A stretch of 35,569 nucleotides of DNA from a virus (taxonomy: Duplodnaviria; Caudoviricetes). The translations under genes were made by a program, and so were the position numbers. Positions 9,902 through 18,055 of this stretch are shown here, piece by piece. The notes under the pieces are model-generated. The model saw only the letters and a list, made by a program, of their open reading frames with translations, was not told the origin of the DNA and did not search any database. Where the stretch lies: positions 1 to 35,569 of the IMG/VR virus record IMGVR_UViG_3300011339_000909, one strand, 5' to 3'. How positions within the stretch are numbered: position 1 is the stretch's first letter; each line of letters starts with the position of its first letter.

Positions 9902-10541
9902 TTTCGTTTGTTTCGTTTATGTCGTAATAAAAAGAGTTTCCGTTTGAACTTACCCATCTGTCGCTCTCTGACTCTACACATTGTAGCTCTGAGTCCACCT
10001 TAAATTCCTTTGGCTCTATCGGGAAGTCGTTTGTAATAAAGTTTGAGTCCTTCCAAAATATCCTGTTGTTAGGCTGGCACATCAAGTACCCTACATCGGC
10101 CAGCAGTATGTGGCCACACTTGTAATCTGTAGGCTCGTCAGAGTATGGGTTCGTGAACCAATCCACGGTGAATAGATAGGTCGCCCACACAAGAGTCTTG
10201 TCCTTTAATATAACCTTGCATCGCTTCTCCGCCAAGTATGAGTACTCAATAACGCTGACGTTCTCACTGAAGCAATCCCACAACTGCTTAAAGTGTGAGG
10301 GGATGTCACAGGTTGTTTCACTAAAGAACAACTCTGAAATTGGCACCCTGCTTCTCAGCATTCCATAGTCAGTCATGATGTGGAACGTGAGTATCTTTCC
10401 TGCCACACTTTGAATAGCAAATGCATAGCAGCTATCGTATATGTTGTGGTCCTCCTCTTTCTTTGTAAGCCAACTCCTGCGAACTTTTAGCTTCAGGTTA
10501 GGGATGTTGGCATTCAAAACATTCTGCTCGTTAGTTATCAT
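9879..10541 (-). CDS. Conserved phage protein of unknown function
   Basis: LNANIP...QLWDCFS...YLFTVDW...KCGH...QPNNRI; start taken at MITNEQ. Confidence 0.7.
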   Translation of the reverse strand: MITNEQNVLNANIPNLKLKVRRSWLTKKEEDHNIYDSCYAFAIQSVAGKILTFHIMTDYGMLRSRVPISELFFSETTCDIPSHFKQLWDCFSENVSVIEYSYLAEKRCKVILKDKTLVWATYLFTVDWFTNPYSDEPTDYKCGHILLADVGYLMCQPNNRIFWKDSNFITNDFPIEPKEFKVDSELQCVESESDRWVSSNGNSFYYDINETNENESKTNL

Positions 10542-11982
10542 AAAAGTCTTTTTTAAAGTGATTAATAGTGTAGTCCTTCTTGTTTGATACTGCTTTGTAT
10601 ATGTCTGGTTCAATACCTCCCTCTGAGAACACCCAGTAGACTTGATTCTCTAGCCTGTCCTTGGTCGTCATCCTGTCCTTGCTCTGCCAATAACTAGTGG
10701 CACTGAAGTCAATGTTGTAGTACACCAAGTAGTCAGCGTCTCGTAAAGATATACCCTCACGACCAGATACTATCTGCAGGGCTATGTTCTTGTCAGTGTC
10801 CTCGAAGACACTCAGCTCGCTAGTCAAGTCATCTCCAAACACCTGCTTCAAGGCGTTGTACTCTTCTTTAAATTTATAGAAGATGCCTATCTTACTTCCT
10901 TGAAATTTTTGTTTAATGAACTCCGCCTTGCTCGTGTCCAGCACCATGCTGTTGCCACTCTCAAACTTAATCGTGCCACTGCACAACTGGTGCACCTTCA
11001 TCATCAACTTCACTGCCGTGTCCGCAAGGATGGTCTCTCCCTTACCCTCTATGACTAGGTCCCGCTTTAGTCTACGTATCATGTTGTAGGTCGAGTCCTT
11101 CATGGTTACGTACAAGACTTCCTCCTTCACCTCTGACTTAAACCCTGCCTCCACCTGAGTGTAGTTAATCGTGTACGGCTCCATCGCTTTGATGATACTC
11201 TCAAGACCATGGCTGTAGTCATTGATAAAAAGGCTGTTGATTTTCTTCTGCTTTATGTTGACGTACTTGTCGCAAAATCTGTAGAAGTTTGAGAACTCCT
11301 TGAACGGATTGTTTGGTATCGCATAGACCTGATGGTACATCTGTGAGTAGCTCTCAGGTGTTGGCGTGCCAGACAGCAGTATCACCATTGGTCTATACTT
11401 CCTTATCACCTGAGCCACCAGCAAAGCCCTGCCACTTGGCTTTGGGAATGCCCCCATGCTGTGAGCCTCATCGCAGATAATCAGGTCCCACTTCTCGTTG
11501 TCCATCACCAAGTGTAGGCTATCGTAGTTAATTACAGTCAGGTGGTGATATGGTTTCAATAGTTTATAGTCTGCCTCAATTGTGCTTATTGCTTTCTTCT
11601 TGGTAATAAATAGCACACGCTCAGCCTCTATCCTTTCTGCAATACCTAGACTCGTTAGAGTCTTGCCCGTCCTTACCGCCATTGCCAAATATAAGAACCC
11701 ATGTTCCTTTAAAATATGGCAGCCTTTCTTTATTATGTCGGTCTGATAATCCCTAAATTTTAATGTCATTTGATTTAATTTATGGTAGTGCTCTTTGCTC
11801 CTGATTAATTTGTCGATGACATCTTGGTCGCTCTTGTGCTTGAATACCTTAATCGTATCTGCCTTCTTGCCTCGGCCTACCTTTGTGTCGTAGGTCTGAA
11901 TAAGTATTGATAGTAACGTGTCGCAATAGTCTACCATAGACTGGTTACTATAAGCAGGTATTCTTGCAATAACTTCTGTCAT
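10531..11982 (-). CDS. SNF2-like superfamily 2 helicase
   Basis: FRDYQ (Q motif), VRTGKT (Walker A), DEAH, SGTP, SGREGISL, QSKDR. Confidence 0.9.
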   Translation of the reverse strand: MTEVIARIPAYSNQSMVDYCDTLLSILIQTYDTKVGRGKKADTIKVFKHKSDQDVIDKLIRSKEHYHKLNQMTLKFRDYQTDIIKKGCHILKEHGFLYLAMAVRTGKTLTSLGIAERIEAERVLFITKKKAISTIEADYKLLKPYHHLTVINYDSLHLVMDNEKWDLIICDEAHSMGAFPKPSGRALLVAQVIRKYRPMVILLSGTPTPESYSQMYHQVYAIPNNPFKEFSNFYRFCDKYVNIKQKKINSLFINDYSHGLESIIKAMEPYTINYTQVEAGFKSEVKEEVLYVTMKDSTYNMIRRLKRDLVIEGKGETILADTAVKLMMKVHQLCSGTIKFESGNSMVLDTSKAEFIKQKFQGSKIGIFYKFKEEYNALKQVFGDDLTSELSVFEDTDKNIALQIVSGREGISLRDADYLVYYNIDFSATSYWQSKDRMTTKDRLENQVYWVFSEGGIEPDIYKAVSNKKDYTINHFKKDFYDN

Positions 11983-12146
11983 TCTTTTATCTTCTTAATC
12001 AGCTCATCTAGGCTCTCGTCACTCAGGAATCCATCTTTCTCAACATTCCAATACTCAAGGTACCTGTCCCTGTGTACAGCGTACCACTTGCCTGTGTACT
12101 CATTCCAATGGAACACGTAGTTCCAGATAATTACATTAGTCTTCAT
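11979..12146 (-). CDS. Hypothetical protein
   Basis: Start taken at MKTNVII; aromatic-rich 55 aa. Confidence 0.6.
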   Translation of the reverse strand: MKTNVIIWNYVFHWNEYTGKWYAVHRDRYLEYWNVEKDGFLSDESLDELIKKIKE

Positions 12147-14544
12147 CTTCTTTTTTGCTTTTAATAATAATCCATCGTCCTTGTTGGTCCCTGTCCTCTT
12201 CAGGAAAGGTACCCTCTTTGTATATCGCATAAGACACCAACCACCTATAGAACTTGGTCCTGCTTATGCTCATGCGTCCTCTTGGACCATAGTCAGGATA
12301 CTCCTCTACAAAGTTGGAGTACAGCTCGTTCTTGTACAGCCTCACGTCTGTCTGTAGCATCACGTTACGCTCTGTGCTGTCAACCAATCCACACCACTCG
12401 ATAAACTCATGGCAACTCTCAGCAGATAGCTGACGTATTTTTAAGTTAACGAATTTACTTTTAACTAGGCCTGTCTTCAAGTAATTCTTAAGACATCCAA
12501 TCATGTAGTTGTCAAACTCACACCAGTCGTCATCGTTCCAGTCCCCGAACATTAGCCTGCCGAACTCATCCAATGGCGTATAGTCCTTGCTGTAGTATTG
12601 GTGTAGCTCCAGCTCCCACTTACGCCTTGCGAATGAGTTGCCTGCACCCTTGATTGCATAGTTAGTTGTCATGGCAATCTTTGGAGACTTAGCGAACGGA
12701 ATCTTGATGGCGTCCTTGTTCTTCTTCTCCAAAGTCAAGCCTTCAGTGATGACACTGAATAGCCTCTCGAAGTCAAAGTGCTTTCGCACGTCATCGAAGC
12801 AAAGTATCTGAGTGTCTGCTGACACCAGCTGGTATGCGAAGCTGCGCTCAAATGCAAATGACTTGCCGTCAATCACGACTAGCTTCTTCATCTTGCTGAG
12901 CGCATTCATAATCAAACCTTTCCCTGTGCCACCCTCAGGGTTGTCGCTAATCACCTCATCGTTCAATATCACTGCAGGGCAGAAGCTCAGGTTCTTGTAT
13001 CCGTGCAACAGGAATCCTATCGTGCTCTCCATGGACTTGATACGTCCCTCGTCACCACCATTGATGTTGCTGATAAACTTTTTGAAATCAAAGCCTTCAG
13101 ATACACCGCACATCACGAAGTTCCTGTCTATCACGTGGTCCTTCCACACGTAGCCGCCAAGGTCTAGGTAGTCCAGCGTGGACACGCCCTCCTTGGTGAT
13201 TTTTACAGCGCAGTTTTTATAGTACAGGTATGCCGCACCCTTGGTGTCTGCTATGAAGTAGATGTCAATCGTGGACAGCAGTGACAAGAACTCCTCCCTG
13301 AAGAACCTAGTTTGGTCAGCGAAGTAATTGTATACGCCAATATCGTCCAGCTCCAGCAGATGGTTTAAGACGAAGTCCTTAATCTCCTTCTCTGAGGTGT
13401 GGTCAATCAAGTTGTTGGTGACCTTGACAAACACGTAGTTCTTTCCTCCCTCAGGGCAGTACTTGTAGAAGCCATTGTCCTCAAGGAATTGCTTGAACTG
13501 AATGTGTATTATCTTGATTACTCCCTTATCGTTTCTGTCCCAGAATGTTTGCTTAGCATTCTCCTCCTCTACTTTATTAAGGACTGATTCGATGGTATCG
13601 CTGTCCAAGTGGGAGTCTTGCAGTTGGATGCGAATCTCTTTTTTTGATACACCACGTCTGAGTTTAGCTCTGATGTTATTAATCCGCTCCTCATCCTCGT
13701 AGTACTTAGTGCCGAAGTTGGTCGTGTGACTATACGCTGAGTCGATGGTCCTAGAAATCTCACGTACAGAGAAGTCCTCAGAGGCGTACTGATTCAGGAC
13801 GTAGGACGCAAGGCCCTTGTTGATACCGAAGTCATTGAAGGCCATGGCTAGGACGTAGCAGTTCTGATTGCGCTGGCCCTCGTTCATGGGATACTTCTTT
13901 GTCCACCACTTCACTAGTATGTCCACAATCTTATTCTCATCCGTGATTGGTATGGTAGGCTGGTCTCTAGTCTTGTTTACCTCGGTGTACTCAGGCTCCT
14001 CAATCAGGTCCCAGATGCTGCTGTTCTCGTTGATGTGTAGCAATGGGTCGTAAGACTCGTAGCAGACACGTGACAAGTTCTTGCTGGTCTTATCGAAGTA
14101 AGGGCTGTTGAAGTACTTCTCTAGGCTGTTGAAGTAGTTGGTGTGGTTCTCAGCGTCCGCAGGTATCTTAACTATTACCTTTAGGCCATTGCCTGAGGGA
14201 CTAATGAATACGGAGAACACGTATTTGTTCTTGCTTAGGTTCTCCTTATCATGGAGTAGGTCCTTTGACTTTTCATAGCCATCAAAGTCCAAGCATATAA
14301 ACCCTGAGTGCTGAATCAGGGACGCATCTGTACGCTTGTTGAAGGTACCGCTGAAGCATATCGCAGGCAACTGCTTCTTTAGTTCCTGTCTCTCAGGCTT
14401 ACGCTTCTCTAGGCGTATGCGCTTGACTAAATCCCGTGTGGTCTCTGAACCATCCTTGATTCGGAGAAGAATCTGACGTATGTCCCTAAAGAAGGGAGTG
14501 TCAGTATCCTTGATATCCTTAAAAATAGTTACGTTTTGTGTCAT
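12136..14544 (-). CDS. Primase-helicase: BT4734/VirE N-terminal-like domain, PriCT-like region, P-loop helicase
   Basis: KKQLPAICFSG, ICLDFD, FISPSGNGLK, RVCYESYDP; EGQRN; GGTGKG Walker A; LCFDD Walker B; MTTN. Confidence 0.9.
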   Translation of the reverse strand: MTQNVTIFKDIKDTDTPFFRDIRQILLRIKDGSETTRDLVKRIRLEKRKPERQELKKQLPAICFSGTFNKRTDASLIQHSGFICLDFDGYEKSKDLLHDKENLSKNKYVFSVFISPSGNGLKVIVKIPADAENHTNYFNSLEKYFNSPYFDKTSKNLSRVCYESYDPLLHINENSSIWDLIEEPEYTEVNKTRDQPTIPITDENKIVDILVKWWTKKYPMNEGQRNQNCYVLAMAFNDFGINKGLASYVLNQYASEDFSVREISRTIDSAYSHTTNFGTKYYEDEERINNIRAKLRRGVSKKEIRIQLQDSHLDSDTIESVLNKVEEENAKQTFWDRNDKGVIKIIHIQFKQFLEDNGFYKYCPEGGKNYVFVKVTNNLIDHTSEKEIKDFVLNHLLELDDIGVYNYFADQTRFFREEFLSLLSTIDIYFIADTKGAAYLYYKNCAVKITKEGVSTLDYLDLGGYVWKDHVIDRNFVMCGVSEGFDFKKFISNINGGDEGRIKSMESTIGFLLHGYKNLSFCPAVILNDEVISDNPEGGTGKGLIMNALSKMKKLVVIDGKSFAFERSFAYQLVSADTQILCFDDVRKHFDFERLFSVITEGLTLEKKNKDAIKIPFAKSPKIAMTTNYAIKGAGNSFARRKWELELHQYYSKDYTPLDEFGRLMFGDWNDDDWCEFDNYMIGCLKNYLKTGLVKSKFVNLKIRQLSAESCHEFIEWCGLVDSTERNVMLQTDVRLYKNELYSNFVEEYPDYGPRGRMSISRTKFYRWLVSYAIYKEGTFPEEDRDQQGRWIIIKSKKEDED

Positions 14545-14704
14545 TTTATGTCGTTTGGGTGTCGATTATATGTCGTTTAAGTTACTGATAATTAGACTAC
14601 TGTCGATAATGTCAATTTTAATCTTAAATTATAATTAAAAAAAAATAAAAGAAATAGAAATTATATATAGAGAATATAGGGAAATCATATTGACATTTTC
14701 GTCA
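14545..14704. promoter_or_regulatory. Origin-like element, copy 1
   Basis: Four TGTCG plus TGTCA, IHF-like TAAGTTACTGATA, AT-rich tract, inverted TGACA/CGTCA; directly upstream of the primase gene. Confidence 0.6.
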
Positions 14705-14716
14705 GGCACAAAGGCC

Positions 14717-14742
14717 AAAAAAAAGGGAGAGATTGTCTCCCC
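14717..14742 (-). terminator. Intrinsic terminator after SSB-like gene
   Basis: Minus strand GGGAGA-CAATC-TCTCCC followed by T8. Confidence 0.8.
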
Positions 14743-14756
14743 CTAATTTTCCCCTA

Positions 14757-15056
14757 TTAGAAAGGCAGGTCGCCATCATCCTCAGGCTCGGGTATTACTA
14801 CCTTTGGCTTAGGCTTCGCCTGTACTTCAGTTGGCTTGGCTCCTGTTGGTGCCTCGTAGGTGTCTAGCTCAACGTAGTGGTTGCCGCTTCGGGCGGTCTT
14901 CACGTTAAGGTTGACCCAACCATTTCTCTGATGTTCCTTGAGGAATGCTACCGCATCATCAACTTTTAGAGATAGTCTCCCTACTACAAATTCAGGAGCC
15001 TTTTCGTTTCTCTTGAAGGAGAAACCATCTGCAAAGATTTTTTCGTCTTGTGCCAT
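14757..15056 (-). CDS. Probable single-stranded DNA-binding protein
   Basis: Start at MAQDEK; compact beta-rich domain, Pro/Lys linker, acidic tail EDDGDLPF; lies in the recombination module. Confidence 0.6.
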   Translation of the reverse strand: MAQDEKIFADGFSFKRNEKAPEFVVGRLSLKVDDAVAFLKEHQRNGWVNLNVKTARSGNHYVELDTYEAPTGAKPTEVQAKPKPKVVIPEPEDDGDLPF

Positions 15057-15130
15057 TGTGTAAATTGTTTTTGTATGCCTCAGTCTATTTGAACCAACAC
15101 CCACCTCTGAGGCTAAGTAAATGTTAGTTG

Positions 15131-15262
15131 TAGTCAGGACAGGACTCGAACCTGTTACAATAGCTTCAATTGGTTTCCCATCTTTTACAGGTTATTACAC
15201 TATCTCAGATTTTCGCCCTACTCATAGTTTATTATACCGCTATTGTACTTCCACGCCTGACT
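15131..15262 (-). ncRNA. tRNA-like RNA 1 (tmRNA-like topology, 74-nt insert)
   Basis: AGTCAGG/CCTGACT-A acceptor stem; ACAGG-TTCGAGT-CCTGT T-arm; 8-nt linker in place of the D-arm; 9-bp stem TACAATAGC/GCTATTGTA. Confidence 0.7.
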
Positions 15263-15368
15263 ATTGTTTTAAAAGATTAACCATTCAGGAGCTTCACCTG
15301 CCTTCTAGTAGGTCTGATACCTCCAAGTTAATGGTCAATATCGAGCTTTTTACTTTAGTTAATCTTTG

Positions 15369-15456
15369 TAGTCAGGACAGGATTCGAACCTGTATGAATG
15401 ATTGGTATCGCTTCCACCCAATCTCCACGCATTGACTGCCATTCCGCCACCTGACT
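15369..15456 (-). ncRNA. tRNA-like RNA 2 (no canonical anticodon loop)
   Basis: Same acceptor stem; TGGCGGAATGG Leu-like D region; long hairpin GATTGG/CCAATC; T-arm ACAGG-TTCGAAT-CCTGT. Confidence 0.75.
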
Positions 15457-15474
15457 AGATTATACTTTTTGATT

Positions 15475-15771
15475 TTAAAATCCCCTTGTTACACCATTTG
15501 AATTTTTATACGTCAATTCATTACCATCAGAGTCATATGTTCTTTCACTCCAAAATCCAATTGAATTTTTGCAGGTTAATTCATTTCCATTTGAATCATA
15601 TGTGCATTCAAAAGTAAATCCATCTGAGTCCTTATATGTTAACACTTTTCCATTAGAGTCACAGGTTGATTCATAGCTATATCCACCTGAATGTTTACAA
15701 AATTCATAGACCAAATCCCCTTCTTTGTTGAAGAGTTTTAAATCTTCTTCTTTTCCTTGAATGTTTTTCAT
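15475..15771 (-). CDS. Short YD/DUF2963-like repeat protein
   Basis: Three ~21-aa repeats of the form TYDSNGNELTYKNSxG; more AT-rich than the replication genes. Confidence 0.75.
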   Translation of the reverse strand: MKNIQGKEEDLKLFNKEGDLVYEFCKHSGGYSYESTCDSNGKVLTYKDSDGFTFECTYDSNGNELTCKNSIGFWSERTYDSDGNELTYKNSNGVTRGF

Positions 15772-15791
15772 TACCTTAATTTTATTTTAAG

Positions 15792-15901
15792 TAGTCAGGA
15801 CAGGACTCGAACCTGTATTTATACCACCATACAACTCTCTTTATGGTTGGGCTGTACACACCCTTCGTAGTATGTGCGATTTCCAATTCCGCCACCTGAC
15901 T
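15792..15901 (-). ncRNA. tRNA-like RNA 3 (enlarged anticodon loop, ~40-nt variable region)
   Basis: Same acceptor and T-arm; D-stem GCG/CGC; CATAC-TACGAAGG-GTGTG arm; variable hairpin CCATA/TATGG. Confidence 0.75.
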
Positions 15902-15905
15902 ATTA

Positions 15906-16025
15906 TTATTTCAGTAATTTAGACCAAATTTTAATTACCATGTCTCTTTGTGGAGATGGTTGTAATTTAGACCACCTATCAATCCACATTTGAATTTCAT
16001 CTTTTCTAATAACTTTTTTACTCAT
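15906..16025 (-). CDS. Hypothetical protein, 39 aa (not in ORF track)
   Basis: MSKKVIRKDEIQMWIDRWSKLQ...LLK* preceded by TTTTAAAATCAAAAGTT. Confidence 0.55.
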   Translation of the reverse strand: MSKKVIRKDEIQMWIDRWSKLQPSPQRDMVIKIWSKLLK

Positions 16026-16039
16026 AACTTTTGATTTTA

Positions 16040-16107
16040 AAAGGGAGACTACCTGCTAACACCTCACACCCAAATTGCAGGCAGGTTGGGTCCCTTAGCC
16101 TCCCTTT
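16040..16107 (-). ncRNA. Structured intergenic element with possible pseudoknot
   Basis: 12-bp closing stem AAAGGGAGGCTA/TAGTCTCCCTTT; interleaved ACCCAA/TTGGGT and CCTGC/GCAGG. Confidence 0.5.
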
Positions 16108-16110
16108 CTA

Positions 16111-16881
16111 TTACATTAGGAACTCATCAATGAAGTAATTATCTATGTTGTCCGTAGGAGCCTCTCCGAAGTACTTAGAGAAGACTTCTATTGCTCGGGC
16201 TACCTTACGCTCACCTGACTCAATAAACTCGGGAGAGGGCTTAAAAATGCCTAATACTCCAGTGGTCTTGTCAATCACGTAAAACACCAATGGCTTACCA
16301 AATAGATGCTGGTAAATATAACACTGAGAATCGTAGTTGTACGCCTTGGCAGAATATTTAAACTTCTGTATGTCGCCAGTGGTCTTCAAGTCAATCAAGA
16401 AGTCATTGCCAACGATGTCAGCCTTGCCCTTCCACATCATGCCTTGAATCTCTCCGACAGCAGGGACCTCGAACTGATTGCCCTCCTTATAAATCTCATC
16501 GTAGAACGTGATGTTGCCCTTCATAGTATTGACCAGCTCCCTCACCTCGTCCTGCTCCTTCTTGAGCATACAGAACGGCAAGTTATTGGTCTCACAGAAT
16601 GACTTGTACTCCTTGGTCGTACGTGTGCTCACGTCAACAAATGGCGTAGCCTCGGCCTTCTCAGGCTCCAAGATTAGCTGGTGAAAGAACCTGCCATCCA
16701 TGAAAGCTTTGCTGTCTTCCCTTGACTTACCGAAATCCTTCGGGTTGGTCAATAGTGTCCCGATGTCTGAGTTAGATAGGTAGTTCTTGCCTACGCCACC
16801 ATAGTACTCCTTGTCATCAGTAAGGAGAGCCAAGATATTTGGCTCCCCTGTTAGGTCAATTGTCTCTAGCAATGTCTTCAT
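16111..16881 (-). CDS. RecE/DUF3799-like PD-(D/E)XK exonuclease
   Basis: LSNSDI, GRFFH, KGKADIV, IDLKTT, YDSQCYIY. Confidence 0.85.
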   Translation of the reverse strand: MKTLLETIDLTGEPNILALLTDDKEYYGGVGKNYLSNSDIGTLLTNPKDFGKSREDSKAFMDGRFFHQLILEPEKAEATPFVDVSTRTTKEYKSFCETNNLPFCMLKKEQDEVRELVNTMKGNITFYDEIYKEGNQFEVPAVGEIQGMMWKGKADIVGNDFLIDLKTTGDIQKFKYSAKAYNYDSQCYIYQHLFGKPLVFYVIDKTTGVLGIFKPSPEFIESGERKVARAIEVFSKYFGEAPTDNIDNYFIDEFLM

Positions 16882-17519
16882 TACTTCAACAAGTCTACGA
16901 CCGCCTGCTTAACTTCATTGGTCATGCTGTACTTTCTGTTCAACTGCTGACCAATCTTTCCAATCCCCAACTCTTTGTTGGCCTTCACGTACTTCTCAAC
17001 GCTCTTCCAATTGTCTGAGTCAATCACCAGGTCCACCAACTCAGCAGTTGGCTTAGCCTTCACCGGGGCAGGCGCAGGAGCGGGAGTTGATGTCTCCGCC
17101 TCAGGAAGGTCCTCACCAGCGTAGATGTAGATACCCAAGCCAAACATCGCTAGGTTCTTAACCAAACAACGCATGATGGTCTTGTTAATGTCGAAAGTAG
17201 TAGCCGCATCAACGGTCTTGACACCATACTTGGTGGTATACTCATAAGAATGCTTCTTCATGGACTTGTTCTTGCCGTCCATCACAGGCAACCACATCTC
17301 TAAGGTCTGACCCTCGATGGTTACATTGGTGTGGCACATGAATCCTAGCGCATCATCGTACTCTGTAGGCAGGATTTGATAGGATGCATCTGGGCATTCC
17401 TTCTTTGTTGCGGACCATGCCCATGCCCATGATAGGTAGGTGAGGTTGTCCTTCTTTTCAACGTACTCATTTAAGTTGATGGCGGATAGCCTTTCGAAAA
17501 CTGATTTCTTTTTTTCCAT
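16881..17519 (-). CDS. Sak-like single-strand annealing protein (DUF1071-type)
   Basis: EKKDNLTYLSWAWAW, MWLPVMD, DINKTIMRCLVKNLAMFGLGIYIYAGEDLP. Confidence 0.9.
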   Translation of the reverse strand: MEKKKSVFERLSAINLNEYVEKKDNLTYLSWAWAWSATKKECPDASYQILPTEYDDALGFMCHTNVTIEGQTLEMWLPVMDGKNKSMKKHSYEYTTKYGVKTVDAATTFDINKTIMRCLVKNLAMFGLGIYIYAGEDLPEAETSTPAPAPAPVKAKPTAELVDLVIDSDNWKSVEKYVKANKELGIGKIGQQLNRKYSMTNEVKQAVVDLLK

Positions 17520-17534
17520 TTTGATTTGATTTGA

Positions 17535-17777
17535 TTAAAGTATTCTCGCCCACTCTTCTTGAGTATCATAAGGATTTTCAAAGTACTTCTGCAATTCAGC
17601 AATTGCTTCCTCGGTACTTGAAAATGGAATGGTCTTACATCCTACACGGATTACGCATCCTCTTGACATAAACTGAATATTTATTTCCCAACGACTTAAA
17701 GCCTCTTGTTTACTTGGTCTGTACTCTTGTGGTTGCGGTTCTGATGGCATAGCCATTCTAATTTCTTCTCTTTCCAT
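17535..17777 (-). CDS. Hypothetical protein
   Basis: ATCAAATCAAATG start context. Confidence 0.7.
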   Translation of the reverse strand: MEREEIRMAMPSEPQPQEYRPSKQEALSRWEINIQFMSRGCVIRVGCKTIPFSSTEEAIAELQKYFENPYDTQEEWARIL

Positions 17778-17790
17778 TTGATTTGATTGA

Positions 17791-18051
17791 TTAAAGTGAT
17801 TCTTTGATGTAATCTGTAATAAAATATTTTAAGTCGTGGTCAAGTAAGATGTGCTCGTACTCACCTTCATCATTTGTTTTAAGCAACTCAGTGGTATGAA
17901 TTATCTTTACCTTGGTCTCTCCTGTAGGAGGTGTGTCGTAGTCTCCGCCTTCATCGTAGGACTCAACCCTGTAGTCACCCTTCCACAAATAGTCTGAATC
18001 ATCATAAGTGAACTCAAACGTCTCGTCATAAAACTCTTCTGAAGTATACAT
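17791..18051 (-). CDS. Acidic hypothetical protein
   Basis: D/E/Y-rich ORF with GDYDTPP motif. Confidence 0.65.
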   Translation of the reverse strand: MYTSEEFYDETFEFTYDDSDYLWKGDYRVESYDEGGDYDTPPTGETKVKIIHTTELLKTNDEGEYEHILLDHDLKYFITDYIKESL

Positions 18052-18055
18052 ATCA

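Noticed and set aside
15121-15435. 104-aa plus-strand ORF
   Set aside because: Antisense shadow of the tRNA-like elements; no protein features.
15131-15901. CRISPR array or canonical tRNA cluster
   Set aside because: Irregular spacing, repeats are tRNA arms, no cas genes, no canonical anticodon arm.
16040-16107. HDV-like/theta ribozyme near tRNA-like elements
   Set aside because: Only 7 nt available where P3/L3 is needed and no catalytic-C junction motif.
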